Shown: positions 20,600-34,658 of the stretch, piece by piece
How positions within the stretch are numbered: position 1 is the first letter of the stretch
How the letters are laid out: each line of letters starts with the position of its first letter
DNA from: Selaginella moellendorffii
Lineage: Eukaryota > Plantae > Lycopodiophyta
NCBI RefSeq assembly: GCF_000143415.4
Contig: NW_003314267.1
Span: 231,777-295,776 of the forward strand
DNA: 64,000 nucleotides
Direction of reading: 5' to 3'
Position numbers and translations under genes: made by a program
The notes under the pieces: model-generated
What the model was told of the DNA's origin: nothing
Seen by the model: only the letters and a program-made list of their open reading frames with translations
The model's database searches: none

Positions 20600-23500
20600 G
20601 GAGGCTTAATATGATTAGCTACTTATGCTTGCGGGGAGTGTAACTGAATCTTAAATCCAATATAACCTGAGGAGGGGGATTAAAAGAGAATTTGGAATCT
20701 GTGAATGGATGGCTAACATTCCATTGCTCATGCAATGAATAGCTGAAACCAAATAGGTCCAAGTAAGAGTTGGTACAATAGACGAAAATCTTGGCAAGGG
20801 AATTTAACTAAGGCCAAGGTAGTGGTGGTCGGATAGATGAGATAAGTTAGCAAATAGGAAAGGAAGAATTTATGGCTTATAATCTATGTAACTTATATTA
20901 CTCCAAATGCTACTTTGCATCTAAGGGATGAGCTGAATAGGTTGACATAGATAGGAACCATTTAAAAGTATGTGAATGTGTTTATGGCGAAGAGGATCTT
21001 TGTCACAAACACAAGTCCTTGAAATGGTACCCGAGGCTACCTTTAATAAATACTGGAACAAACCCAAGGAGTTGGGGGTGTACTTAGAGGATGAGTCGAT
21101 ATTTTCATTTTATGGACAAATAATCCTAAGGGGCAAAAGTAGCTCATAAGGAATAAAAAATAATCAAGTGTCAGAGTAACACTTGCAAAGATACTCCTTA
21201 TGAGTAGGATATGAATATAAAAAGTTGTATTTTAGTGAACTGACACCTCAAAAATAGCTGTGAGGCTAAGACCTTATGAGTCATCACATTAGCAAAGTCC
21301 AAAAAACTGGATGATTTGAGTGGAGTCAAGGAATAGTTCTAAAGAACTAGTGGAAACATTTAGATTGAGGTGTGTTGCACTCTATGAAGGACAAAGAGGA
21401 TCATAAAATCCAAGTATGAGAATAGTGGGTATTTAATTGATGGTAGAATGTGTTATACTAAAGTTGTGGGAAAAGTGTTCCTAGAATAAAGCAATGTTGG
21501 CATAGAGTTGCGTGTGAACACTATGGTGCAGTACTAACTGATAGTTGGCATAAGAAACAACTATTTTGGTCTTGGCAAAGACCTAAATATAAGTGAAAAG
21601 TGTCGTAAGAATAGGCTCGTAGAGCCAATGGTGTGGAGATACCAAATGTGCTAAGGTGTGATGCCTTAAGGTCAAGTTAGTGGATTCATGAGAAAGGAAT
21701 CCTAATGGAAATAAAAATAGCATAGCCTAAGTTGGAAGGCATATAGTTAAAGTGTGGTAACTCAAATAATGATGGAGGTGTGGAAGCACCAATAATGAGT
21801 TGTAAAACTTGACCACTATAAAACAACTAAGCAAAAGGTATAACATAATTGATTGGATTGGTAAAAGTTAACTACCCAAAACTTCTTATTAGAATAAAAA
21901 GGTTAGATAAATCTCTTAGGAGGATAAATTGCTTATATTGCAATATAATAAGTCAATGTTGAAAAGGGAAATATTCATTGTCAAAGAAGGCCATCATTGG
22001 GACACTTAAACACTCTAAAACACTAGAAAATGGTATTTAATATCATGAAGGCATTAGATAAGTCCCAAAGGATTAAGTCCCTAGCAAATAATGGATAGAA
22101 GGTATTATCTAACGTCCAAGGTTGCAAAGATGGGAAAAATCCTTTTATCTAAATTGTACAAAACCAAAAGGGATTTTGGCAAGGCTAGTGATATGCATAT
22201 GAAGACCTATAAGTAGTAATTTCCCAATCATCCTCAAAGCGAGATACCGTGCATGGTCTTCCAAAGAGAATCTAGAAAGTTAGGAACTTTTGGTTTGGGT
22301 CCCAACTCACTAAAGCATGGTGATAGTTTGGAATATGAAGACACTCATTTTTCGGTGGTCATAAACTCTCGGTAAGGAGATTGGCTTGAGCACACCGCCA
22401 AGTGGGGGATGCCCCAGAGTCATGATGCATGGTTAGATTGCGTAGGGTGAAAGCTCGGCATATCTAACTTGAATACTTTGGTGCAAGTGGTGAATGAGAT
22501 GGGACACTCAGTCTCAGTTACTACGGACCCTTGGCAGGAAGGGGTGGCTTGGGTGCACTGCCAAGTGTGGGGGATGGCCCCAAGGTCCCCCCGGGTCATG
22601 GTCAATAAGTTAAAAGTTTGGAAGACTTAGTATCTATTAGCAAATTTGTTAAGGTGTCAAAGGTTAAATTACTAAGTGATCTTATGGTTAAACAAGAACA
22701 AAGTCCTTATAAAGTTTCTAGTTCAAAATATTAATTTAAACTATTGGTAATGGTGTGGCTTGGTCAAAGCAACCAAATAGGAAAGACACCTAAAGGAAAT
22801 GAACTGCAACAATATAGTGGTATTATGAGTTTAAAAAAACAATCTCCAAGAAAAGGACTCATGGGTGAGTTGTAAGATTGGGCTATAGATAGAGTCCATA
22901 GTAGAAAATGCTAAAGAAACCTACTAGGGGTGAACACCTTATAAACTTTGCAAAGTAGAGCCTTTGTTATAAAACCAAAAAGATATATCAAGGATAGAGG
23001 TAGTGATCTTATATTGCATGGTGCAACAATCAGGATATGAGCAAAAGATTAATAACCAAGATTAGACTATGGAAATCATTAAAAGGAATCTAAATGACAA
23101 AGTTAGGCTATGTTAGATATTAATAAATTGTGGGAAATGACATATATTTCCAAGGATAAATTCCTAAATACTTCAATTTGGTGAAAGTAAAAGCTCTAAA
23201 AGAGATGGAATGGTAAAGTAGCCAAATGAGATGGCCATAAATAACCCTAGCACAAATTATGGATAAGTGGAACTTAGTGCCAATAGTGGTATGAAATAAA
23301 AGAGAGGATGATCCATGATGCGGTTACTTTATAAAATAATTTATTCTACTATGTAGAATTTCATTTATGGGTGGTGGAATTGTGAGACACAAATCCCTAA
23401 GCCCCAAAGTGGGGAGTTGAAAGGGTGCCACATGGTAGTGGCTGAAGCAAAAGCCAAATGAGTGTGCTTCGACTTGAAAAGTAGAGAATGGGAGTGGAAT

Positions 23501-24966
23501 TCCCAACGGAATGCTTGAGGAATGAGCACGAAACGAGCAACAAGTGAGTTTCTAGAAAAGGGACACAAGAGGACTAATAGATAACATGTGGAAGTGTCGA
23601 GATGGAGTTTGAGGTGGACCCAAGATGGAGTCCGAGATGGAGTCCAAGATGGATCCGAGATAGAAACTGAGACCAAGACCAAGATTGAGACCGAAATTGA
23701 GACCAAGACCAAGATTGAGTCTGAGTCCAAGACCACGATTGAGTCCAAGACCGAGTCTGAGTTTGAGACCGAGTTTGAGTCTGAGACTGAGACCGAGACC
23801 GAGTACAAGTCTGAGTCTGAGTCCGAGACCAAGACTGAGACTAAGTCAAAGTACGAGTCCGAGTCTGAGTTCAAGACCAAGACTGAAACTGAGTCAAAGT
23901 ACAAGTTTGAGTTTGAGTTTGAGTCTTAGTTTGAGACTGAATACTAATATAGGTTGTGGGGTGAAAGCCCAAAGTGATTATCCCCCAAGGGGTGGGGGAA
24001 CTATAAAGGGTTCCAAAAGTATAATAGGGAGAGTGTGGGGGTTAGACTCTAGTGGAACCAGTTTGGATAGGAAAGGCTAGTGTGACTTAGAAAGGCTATA
24101 CCCACGTATTGGGTGATGATATATTTATTGAGGAGTCTAAGGCTAGAGTGAATACAGATAGATAAATGGGGTAGCTTGGTGAAGTGCTTAAGAGCTGGCT
24201 TTACCTCCCCCGAGAGATTGAAAGCTCGATGCTCCCAATTTAAGTGTGGGTGGCACTACCTACTTGGATACTTAGCATGGCTCATTGGAACCTCACTTTA
24301 GCCACATGGCTAGGGCACCCAAAGATGGAAGGTGGGGAGAGTACCCATGAGGCTCGCGTAGGGCCATGATGTTTTGAAATGTTGTCTCAAAGTCTCGGAC
24401 TGTAGAAAGGAAGAGGAGCAAGCCTTTGGTGTAAAGACCAAAGCTACAGTCATATGGTGAGGAAGTTTCAAAGGTCAATGGGACATAGTGGTCGAGCCTG
24501 TGAGCCTTGACCCAATGGCAATATTGGTAAACATAACCCTGGACTGAAAGGGACTTTGTGGGGATCAAAAAAAGGATACTAGGGAAGGCTGTTCCCATGT
24601 TTGTGGGCATCCTAAGGATGTTAAGGAGTGGATCTAGAATGATCACTCATGGATGGATAGCTTAATCTTTAAGATACAGGACTATAATATAAGTGGTGTT
24701 GGATCATCGGTGTGACAAAGGTGATTAGGTATGGCCTTAGTGTAACGGGCTAAAATGCCAGTGGTACCTTTGGGTGTCAATCATAGGATTGGACATGTAA
24801 AGCATTTGGACTGAGTGCAAAGGTTGAATGGCATGGATGCCATTCTCGGGGCTAGCAAGTCCCCAAGTCCGAAATAGGACTTATAAAAGTCGTGAGTAAA
24901 ACTCCTCCAAGTGGTCGATAGTGTGGTTAAGTGATTAAAGTAAAATGAAAAATTTAGTTGTTTACA
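20600..24966 (+). mobile_element. Degenerate family-A LTR element: internal region plus 3' LTR (23381-24966)
   Basis: Internal sequence is homologous to 42300-43980 and 45560-50480; PPT TGGGTGGTGG before the LTR; LTR ends TTTACA. The 5' boundary is uncertain. Confidence 0.7.
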
Positions 24967-26935
24967 CTTTGGGTCAACTTTCTGCTAATCCCACTTGGTA
25001 ACTTTAAGTTCTTGGTGTTTAGCCATACGTTCTTCCCAAGTTGGAACTCTACATCTTGGCACTTCTAGTTTACATATTTGGTTTGCTTTGTTAAGTTTGT
25101 TCCATTGTTGAGTCTTTCCATTGTGAATGCCTCCACTGCAAGTAACTCTCCATGATACTCAGCCACACTGAGTTCCATAAAACTTTCAATAGCTCACCCA
25201 TTGATGACTTCCCATAGACTCACCCCAATACTTAAATGTAGTGAGTTGTTATAACATATTTTCGCAAGTCCCAAATGACTTACTCAATCAATTTGGTCTT
25301 TGGAAACATAGCATCACAAATAATCTTGCAACTACCTATTCACCTTTTCTATTTGTCCATTTGTCAAGAAGTGTCATTGCCATCAACTTGACTCAATACC
25401 CAATACTTGTATGTGGGTGATAAGTTGTGCTAAATTTCAACTTGGTGCAATATTGCTATAAGAGAGTTTTACTAGTGAGGATTTTATGCCGATTTGAAGT
25501 AATTTTTTCCAGCCTTCCCTGCACTTAAATCATTTATTTGAAGAATAACTTTGCCATGCCTTTCACATCCACTTCTGTTGTGGTGGGTATGAAATATGCC
25601 ATTTTCAAAAGCAAATCCACCACCATGAATATTGCATCAAACCCCTCATTTGGGGGGAAGGGGGGGATCCCATGATGAAATTTATCGTAAGACATTTCTA
25701 TGGATGATTTAGAATTAGGAGGTTTTATAGCAAACCCCCACTAGCCTTAGTCACAACTTTGCCCTGTTGATATGTTAGACATATCTTCACATAATCTTGG
25801 ACATCTTTAACTATGTTTAGCTAGTGATACTTTCTTTTGAGTAAACCTATCATCTTGGGCACTTTGTCGTGTTTTACAAGAAGTCCATTATGACACTCTT
25901 CTAAGGCCACCTTCCTTAGTTCCCTTTGTGGATATACACTTTCATTTGCTTATAATAGATGAGTCCATTGTGTTCTACATAATCTGTTTTTCTTCCGTAG
26001 GTAGCTTGCCTCTCTAGTGAGCATCTTGCACCTCTTAGTTTCTTAGCAACACTTCTTATGTTAGACCATCGTCCTTATATGCTATCTATACATCATCCTA
26101 AAAGGTTGTGGTTATGTTAGATATTGCCAACTTTAAGCTTGCTTTTTGACTTAGAGCATTTGCCATAATATTGCTCTTCCTAGGTTTATACGAAATCTTA
26201 CAATCAAATTTGGCCAAAGTATTGGCCTATTGACTCTATTTTCCTCACAAATCAAGTTACAACAAGAAGTGTTTCATTAGCACATTATCCATATAAAATT
26301 TGAAGTGCCTCCCAAGGTGGTGTTGCCACTCCTTAAATGCCTTGACCACCACAAATTATTCCTTTTCATGAGTAAGCCACTTTCGTTGAGCTTTATCTAC
26401 TTCTTCGAAAAGAATGCCATTAGGTGGTTGTCTTGTTTCAAAACTGCACCCAACACAAAGTCTGAAGTGTTTATTTCTATCTTAAAGTCTTTAAAGCTCT
26501 ATTTCGTTAAAGTGGGAATTGTCATTATCCCACTTATAAAATAAGGTTTCCAAACCTTTATATAGTATATAAATATAACAAAATTCAACTGCATTGAGGC
26601 ACATGCCATTTTATTTTAAACAAGGAAATGTCTACTCAATCACTTCTCCTCCCCCTGCCATTGCTTCACTTCTCTCTTCTCCTTGTCATCGTTGTCCAAT
26701 TTCTTTCCATCCTTTTAATATTGGCTCAGTTGCTCCAAGTCTAGGTGGAGCCCAAGTCCCCATTCAATCTTTACTTTCCCCTTATTAATAAAACAACTTC
26801 GTAGACTTCCAATAACATGCTGTAACACTTTTAGTATAATGTAAATCCTCTCAAAGAATTGTCTTTTAATATTAATACAATGGCATGGAACCCCATACTA
26901 TAATAAGTTATATTTTTAAATAAATACATGCCATC

Positions 26936-29900
26936 TCAGACTGTTATTTTTTGCCTCCAACGCCTATACAATAATCTTGGAATTTCATCACTCTCCACAC
27001 TATCAGGATTTAAACTCAATAGTAATGCCATCTCTTCTCTAATACGTCCACGCTCATATTCAGTGGTCGAAGAACCCATCCGGTTGAGCAGATTATGGAG
27101 ATGCGGATAGTGCTTGGCTAGACAATATACATGCCATAAATGATGACTGGTGTCTGTCCGATCAAATGGCTTCTGATATACCGTTCCATCTGCCATTTGG
27201 TTGATTTCTGCAGCCACCTCCTGGACTGGCCGGTTCTCTATCACCATCGCTCCAAGCCGTTTTGCAAGGTCCCCCAGAACATATGGTTTCTTCTCCCTAG
27301 TTTCCATACTGCAAGAGATGGGGTGCACTGCATATGTGTGCGTGTTCGCTACAGTTTTAATCGGCGAGTCATCGATGATGAGGATTTCACTTGAGCTAGC
27401 AGTCCGGTTCATCACTACAGCCTCTGGCTTGACGAAGATGGGCTTGCTACCCATCACATGGACCATAGTCAAGCAATCCTCCTGCGTTAGGAGAAAGTCA
27501 AATGGTAATATTACTCGCATCTGATCGTGCATCATCTGTAGCAACGTTAATGCATTGTGGCGCATCATGGATGTCCAAACTCCCAATTGCAAATTGAACC
27601 CGGCCCTCTGTTTTAAGTGTCGTATGGTCATTATTAGATCCCGCAGTTTCTCCCGTATGATTAATGTGAATCTGTCTCTTTTGACCAACTTGCGACCGCA
27701 GACTTTGGAGGGTGCAGTGACATTCGAGGACGAGCCACGCTCATGGGAGAAAAGGACACCGTTCAGATCAAAAACGATACAGTACCTTCGCCGTGACTCT
27801 TAAATGAAATGCGTCAGCATAAAAAATGGTACAAGTCAATTTTACCATCTATAATATTAGCGAATGGTGCTCCCGATAGTCGTTGAGAGGGTTTTAGTCG
27901 AGGAAACGTGAAGGGTGGAAATACTCTCCTCTGCAATGTGGGGTCAATCACATCCGATAGCGTGTGGGCACATGCCATTTCAGCTGTAGACTCTGGTACA
28001 ACTGGCTCAACAGTGGCATGGGGTGGTTTCGATGGCGTGTGATCACACGCCATTTCAGCTGGTGCCTCCGTTGGCAAAGTGGACATGACCGAACAGGCAG
28101 CAGGGGCGGTGTAGGGAGGTTCCAACGGCGCGTAGTCAGACGATTGGGCACACGTTGAGTCCGTTGGAAATGAGGATACGACCGGCTCGGCGGCTCGGGC
28201 GGCCTCATGCAGGTCCAATGGCGCCTGGTCACCGTCAGTTGGATACGTGGACAAGATTGACTCAGTGGTATGGGCAGCATCAAGTGGAGCGTGGTCAGCT
28301 TGCTTGGCGTTGATATGGATAGTAGCCTCCACCAGCTCTGATGACTCTTGCAGGCAAGTAGAGTCCACTAGCGGATCCATATGCATGTCCAAATATCTCC
28401 CTTCGATTGAGATGGTATCCTCCCGTGCTACTAAAAACAAACTCATTAGCACATTGAATCGACTATACTATATTTACCATCAACTGCTATTGAGGAACTA
28501 GGACCGATATCACTTGGGCGCACTGCTGATTCTGAAGGATTGGACATACGTTTCGACCCTTGCTTGGCACTATCCTTCCTCGACACTAAAGGCTAGAGTT
28601 TGTAAATTCAACTGAATAATCTCTACTTACCATTTGCTCTGCGACCTACATGGACAATGTTAGAAATGGTAAAATGTTAGGAATGGATGTACTATTATTT
28701 ACCTGATGGTTTGTCTTGTATGACCTTCCTCCGTTGCTCTTTGGCCGCCTCAGGCTGGCCATCGTCGTTATCAACGTCGTCGTCGTTATTGTGATCGTCA
28801 CCATTGTGAGGACCATCCAAGTCCTCTTCGTCCTCCTCTTCTTTGTCCTCCTCTTCGTCCTTCTGTTCTTCCTGCTCATTATCTTTCTCTGGCTCCTCAT
28901 CCCCCTCCTGCATTTCTTCCATAGGCTGCTCAGGCTGGATGGCTTGTTCTTCCAGGACCATCTTGGGAAAATCATTTGGCCGAGTCTCCATCTCAAAATA
29001 CAAGACATCCATAGCCTGTTTTAGTGTGTGACCTAGGACCGTATCCTCACCCGACTGTCTTAACATGGTTTCTACACGTTCTTGCACCCTTCGAAGACGA
29101 CGAGATGAGAAAAACGTGGCCCTGACTTGAAAAGCATCCCTCATCCATTGTACCTCTCCATTGAGATTGAGGAAGGGGAGTCCGCCATAGGAATCTGAGT
29201 CAGGAGGTGGTGACTGGCTGCTTTCACTCAGCCCTTGATCTGCAATGAATGCCATGAGCACACACGCCATAACCGCGAGGCATTACCTATCATCTTTTCG
29301 TTGCCCTTCTTCCTTTTCAAATCAAACGCCTCTGATCCCGACGACTGTCCAATGTGTTTTCGCTTTTTATGACCACTGTCAGTTTGAACTTGGCTGGTGC
29401 TTGCCTGTTTTGCCTTTGAAGAAGTGTCTCCTGCAAGGAATGGCATGAGACCACACGCCATTGCAAATATAATTTGTACCTCCTTTTTTCCTATTGCTTG
29501 TCTGTTTGTCCTTCTTCGACGCGCCACCAGTGCGCTTTTCAGTCCTCGTGTCTGAATATTCACAACAATCTATAATCAAAATGGCGTGAGGCCTCACGTG
29601 ACCTTAACTTGTGCAGGTTGTGAGCTCGGCCCAACATGGGTATCTTCAACAGTAGCTGTTAATGCCGTTTCAGCATCTGGGGGTGGCCACGCTCCTGCAT
29701 ACAGAGCTTGTGAGATAACATTTAAACTTAAAGTGCGTACTCACCAGGTTCACAGAGAAGATATTGTTTTTCTTTGGCAACTGTAATTATATGCTCCATT
29801 GAAGTCACCTCTTTAATGGAGTTTGTCACCGCAACACACGGGACACCCTTGAGTAGTGCGGCTCGAAAGAATAGTCCGCCGCAGTTGTACTCGACAACGC

Positions 29901-32322
29901 ATTTGCCCTTGGAGTCGGAAGCAGGTGACCCACCCGCTATTGCGTTGAAGACCCAACTGAGCATTTCCCATGCTGCACCTGGAGCTTTCTTTGGATTCGA
30001 AAGCTCCATAGCCGTCTTCAGTTCCTCAGGCACGGGTAAATTGACCTCCCTCAGATCAATTCGATCGGCCTTGTTGAACGAAGCTGGGAAGTCACTCCAG
30101 TCCCACTCTACTGCAAGACCAATAACAAGGGCGAGTGTGAAGATGCGGACATTCGTTGGTATCTTCTTCTTAGCCATTATCCCATGGATCTCCCGCATCT
30201 CCTTGCCTTTCAATCGAGCCTTCACCTCGTTCAAGGCCTTCTAGAACTTGTGATAGGATTCGGAGTAGTAGATCATATAGTGGACTGAAGATTCCACCTC
30301 CGCAAGTCCCACCATTAAGTCAATGATGGAGCTGACTTCGTCTGCATGAGTGATCTCCTTGTTTGTGAAGTCCATCACACAAAAGATGTTCTTGACCTGC
30401 TCATCTCCGCGGGAAACGATGCTCCTCCACCTTTGATCCTCATCCGAATTCAAGTATACCCGGTAAGGTTCTCGATAGGCCTCTGCTATGGGGTCAAGCT
30501 GTTTCTGAAGCCGGCGGTCGACATCACTCTGAATGAAATTTGGATACTGATCCAACTTCTCAGTTTTACTTTTCGTGGCATCCCGCAGCAGATCGATGAA
30601 CTTGGGGGCCCTCTTCACGTACTCGTCGATGTCTTCATTTGACAAATCCAGCGCTTCCATCATCTCTTGCGTGGTGTCGATGCTCACCCTCTCCACGGCC
30701 ACTTGCTCGAAGATCCAATCCTTCAATAGCGCACGAGCTCTCAGAGTCGTGCACAAGTCCTTGTATGTCACAATATGGCCGGGAGTCATTTTGGTCTTGT
30801 TGAAGACTACCTCACCACGTAGAAGAGCATTAGCCACTGTCAGAAGGTCGTCGTCGTCTAGAGACCGCGAGAAACGCAAGGCGTTGAGCTTCAAATCATT
30901 GAGCTTCCGGCCGTCCTCCACACCCATTGAGTTTAGTAACTCCCCGTCATGGTACCTCCTCAGCACATCTACCCATTTGTCAAAAACAACTTTTGTCGCG
31001 AGTAGAATGTTATGGATGCTGAGTGTGTCATTGACCCCCAATGTTTTCGAGAGAAAACTCGAGAATTCCTGCAATGGAAATGGCGTGAGGCCACATGCTA
31101 TGCCACATGCAACGAGGCTTACTTGCCAGGCGCTAGTTGCTAGTGCACGTCCTTGTCCTGGTTTTTGTGGCTTCTTCAGTTGAACCCAGAGCTTCCGTGT
31201 TCGTGCCAATGTCTCGTGCAGACCTGATTTGTAGCACGTTTCTTGCTTGACATTCTACGCGTGGGAGATGTATATGATAGATCGGAAGGGCGAGTTGCCT
31301 TTTATCAGGCGGACAACTCTTGTCTTGAAGACTTTCTTCACCTCCTCGCCCACCATAATATCCACAACTATCTCTTGCATCGCCAAGCTAGAATGCTGTC
31401 CGGAGACGGCATAGAACCGGATGTTCTGATCGTCCAACACCTTCCTATTGATCAAGTTTGGAAACCTCGTCTCGCCCTTCATTGTTCGGTAGTAGGGGAT
31501 CACGTCTGCGATGTCGGGTGTTACTTGACTTGCCAGAATCTTCTGCTTCAGTTTCTCCACCCACTCATCAGATACTAGCCTGTGGTTGTATTTGCTTTGG
31601 ATGTCGATACGGCTCACGTCGATTGTATATACTTTGTTGGAATAGTAACAAGTACTATTATCTGCGACGATTTTTGTTGCCTCTTCTTGCTCTTTCTGCT
31701 CTTTGCGGCTCTTCTTTTTGGTGGGTGTAGTGTTCGAACCCGAGGCAATGGCATCAACGAGTAGCTTCTTTTTTGGAGCAGGAGAGTCGGACGTCGGCTT
31801 GAGCTTGACCACCCTTTTCTGCTTCAGGGTAGTTTCCAGATCGACCCCCTTCCCCTTCGCTTCGCGAACTGGAGGCACTCTCAACGGCTCAATATTGGAA
31901 TATAGTTTTTGAACATTACCGTAGGTGAGGTCCGTGGATTCCATGTGATCTTCATAGACCTGCAGCGTCTTTGAAATTGTGGGCCTCCTGGACAACCTCT
32001 CCCGAGCTCCCTCTAGGAATTCCTCATAGCCGCTACCCCCCTCCAGGAAGCCGCTAGGATGTGCAAGGTGGATCTTGAAGGTAGACGCTGTCTCTACCAC
32101 AAGTGCCAGTCCATATTCTTGCATGGAACTGCATGGAGTGTCTGTCACTTGGATGAGGATCCCCATGCATTCTTTTCTCCCACCATTTGTGTTGTACAGC
32201 CTCAGATCCTCGCCTTCCATCCCGAAAGTCCAACTGGTGAGCTCCTCCCCCTTCTCTGCATCCACATTGACAGTGGCTGGAAGAAGAACGCAATTCCTTG
32301 CCTGTTTAGAAATGCACAACAA
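26936..32322 (-). pseudogene. Multi-exon cargo gene, copy 2 (ParB-like / MTase-like / FCP1-like), disrupted
   Basis: Same exon structure as copy 1. Private lesions: TAG at 31255-31257, TAG at 30241-30243, donor GT>TT at ~29607. Intact where copy 1 is broken. Confidence 0.8.
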
Positions 32323-34278
32323 TTAGAGCTGACAGATGAAAAGCTAGCAGCTGGAAATAACGTGAGGCCATACGCCATTCACCACTACATCAGATGTCTT
32401 GAGGCTGCATCCTAAGATGGCGTGAGGCTACACGCCATCTATAACCGGACTGCACTCGAGAGCCCAATCGGTGCATGCCAATGTTGCTACTGAATGGCAT
32501 GTGGCCTCATGCCATTTTCTACTTGGCCTAAAAGACTTACCATTTGAAGCCGAATGGAGGCGTGACAATCGAGGCCGGACTCGTTGGCAAATGTGCACTG
32601 TGTGCAGCGGATCGTAGCAGCAAGGCTACTCTGCCACTTACAGTTGGAGAGTGGCGCTGAAATCTCCCGGGATGCCAAGTGGGCTGTGTGTGGGTGGCGG
32701 AGTGGGCGGCGGAGTTGGCGGTGAAGTTACAAACTGGGTGTGTCTTGAAGTGGACACTGATGCACATAAGCGCGATGCGAGCGCGAGTGTGATGCAAGCG
32801 CGAGTGGACGCCGATGCACACGAGAAACCTGTAGAGAAGGTAGATGAGCGCGAATGTGAGCGTGATCGTGAGTGAGAGTGCGATGCGAGCGCGAGTACGA
32901 AGCAAAATGCAAAACCTAACCTCACACGCGCGAAATGTCATGACGGTTGGTAATCCCGCCACATCATCATTCCTCGGACTTGGGCGCCACCATTAATTTC
33001 TGGATCGCCGCGCGCATGCATGCACGTGAAATCCAAAAGAAATCCGCAATGTCATCATTCCTCGGACTGCATGCACGCGAAATCCAAAAGAAAGATCATG
33101 ATTGGGATATCATTTAATACCCTCGCTATATTTATACCATGCATGATTGGATATTCCAAAGCATCTTGTATTTCCAAAAATGCCAGATGTTCAGCTAAAT
33201 AAAGAATGGTATACAATGTCCTTTTTGATGACCCTGCAAAGAAGCATCTCGATCAAACACCACATGAGACCACACGAGCCTTACAATGTTTCAGGGGCAT
33301 TTGCCATAGATCCGACCGTTATTTTGCTCCAAGATTCTACAGTTTGGTGTGCATTGACCTTTCCATCGACACTTCACAATCAGATGCGGGATCACAAGCC
33401 AACTTCACTAACTCTGGTTTCACCAAAATCTACGTAAGGAGTTATGAAATGAAAGGACCCTCTCTATTGAAATGTGTTTATGGTCCTAGGGGCATTGTGA
33501 CATATCAAAGGATTTTGCATCAAGTTCTGTATTTGCATGTTTATCAAGTTACTGAATTGCTAAACCCTAAACCCTCCCTAAATATGTGGCAAATGCTGCG
33601 TGAAGAAAGATGCCCTTTCTGGGCAAATGCTGTAAGAGGCAGATGCCGAGCAGTTACATGGCGAATAATCTTGGTGCAGATCGCTGACATGGCATGGCAA
33701 AGTTCGAATCACTGACATGGCACAGCTGGATCGAGGCAAGGACATGATGTGACAAAGTTCAACCTCCGACAGCAAAGTCTAGAAGCTACTCAGTTTGAAA
33801 TTTGTCAGAGGAATCATAAGATCTGGTTTGTCAGAGGATTTGATGTGACGTTCAAGTGTGTGTTATTTTTGAATTCTCGAACTCATTCCTAGGTCTATCA
33901 TTTTTGTGTGCCGTGTTCTTGGTTCCGCTGAGCGCAGTGAGCGCTGCTTGTGTAAGCGGCGTTGTGAGCTGTGGTTTATGCGTCTACAAGCGGTTGCGGC
34001 ATTGCGAGCGCCATTGCGAGCGGCAGTTTATGTGAGTGGTAGTTTGTGCGAGCGGCACTACGAGTAGTTGCGGTGTTGCGAGCGGCACTGTCTTTGGTGT
34101 GGCTACCGCTTCCTCTTGATATTCGGCACTTGTGCTTCTTGGTATGTTCACCATGGAATGGCTTAGGACCACATTTAGAAATGGCATGAGGCCACATGCC
34201 ATCTTGGGCCCTTGCAATTTCATGGGTAGCATATTGTCATGTATGTTTTTACTTGCCTGCAGCTGTGTGTATATCAAG

Positions 34279-34470
34279 ATGGCATGAGGCCTCATGCCAT
34301 CTTTGGCCCCTGCTAGCCTATTGCCATATTCCTTTTGCCTTGCTGCAACTGTATATATTTTTGTATGGGTGACTAGTCACGCACACAAAAATATATACAG
34401 TTGCAACAAGGCAAAAGGAATATAGCAACAGGCTAGTAGGGGCTAAAGATAGCGTGAGGCCTCATGCCAT
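34279..34470. repeat. 192-bp palindrome, copy 2
   Basis: Homolog of 9663-9854 with the same GTGACTAGTCAC centre. Confidence 0.9.
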
Positions 34471-34658
34471 TAGTGGTACCACTAATGGCATGAGGGCTCA
34501 TGCCAATTTTGTGAATGCAAAATTTCACGTGGGTGTTAATAGCATGTTTGAATAATGGCATGTGGCCTCATGCTATTGAGGTTGTTTGGTATGTTATGAT
34601 TTAGGCCATTCTCCAATCATTTTTTGTATGGTCTTAACTTCTTTTCTACACTTTCAGA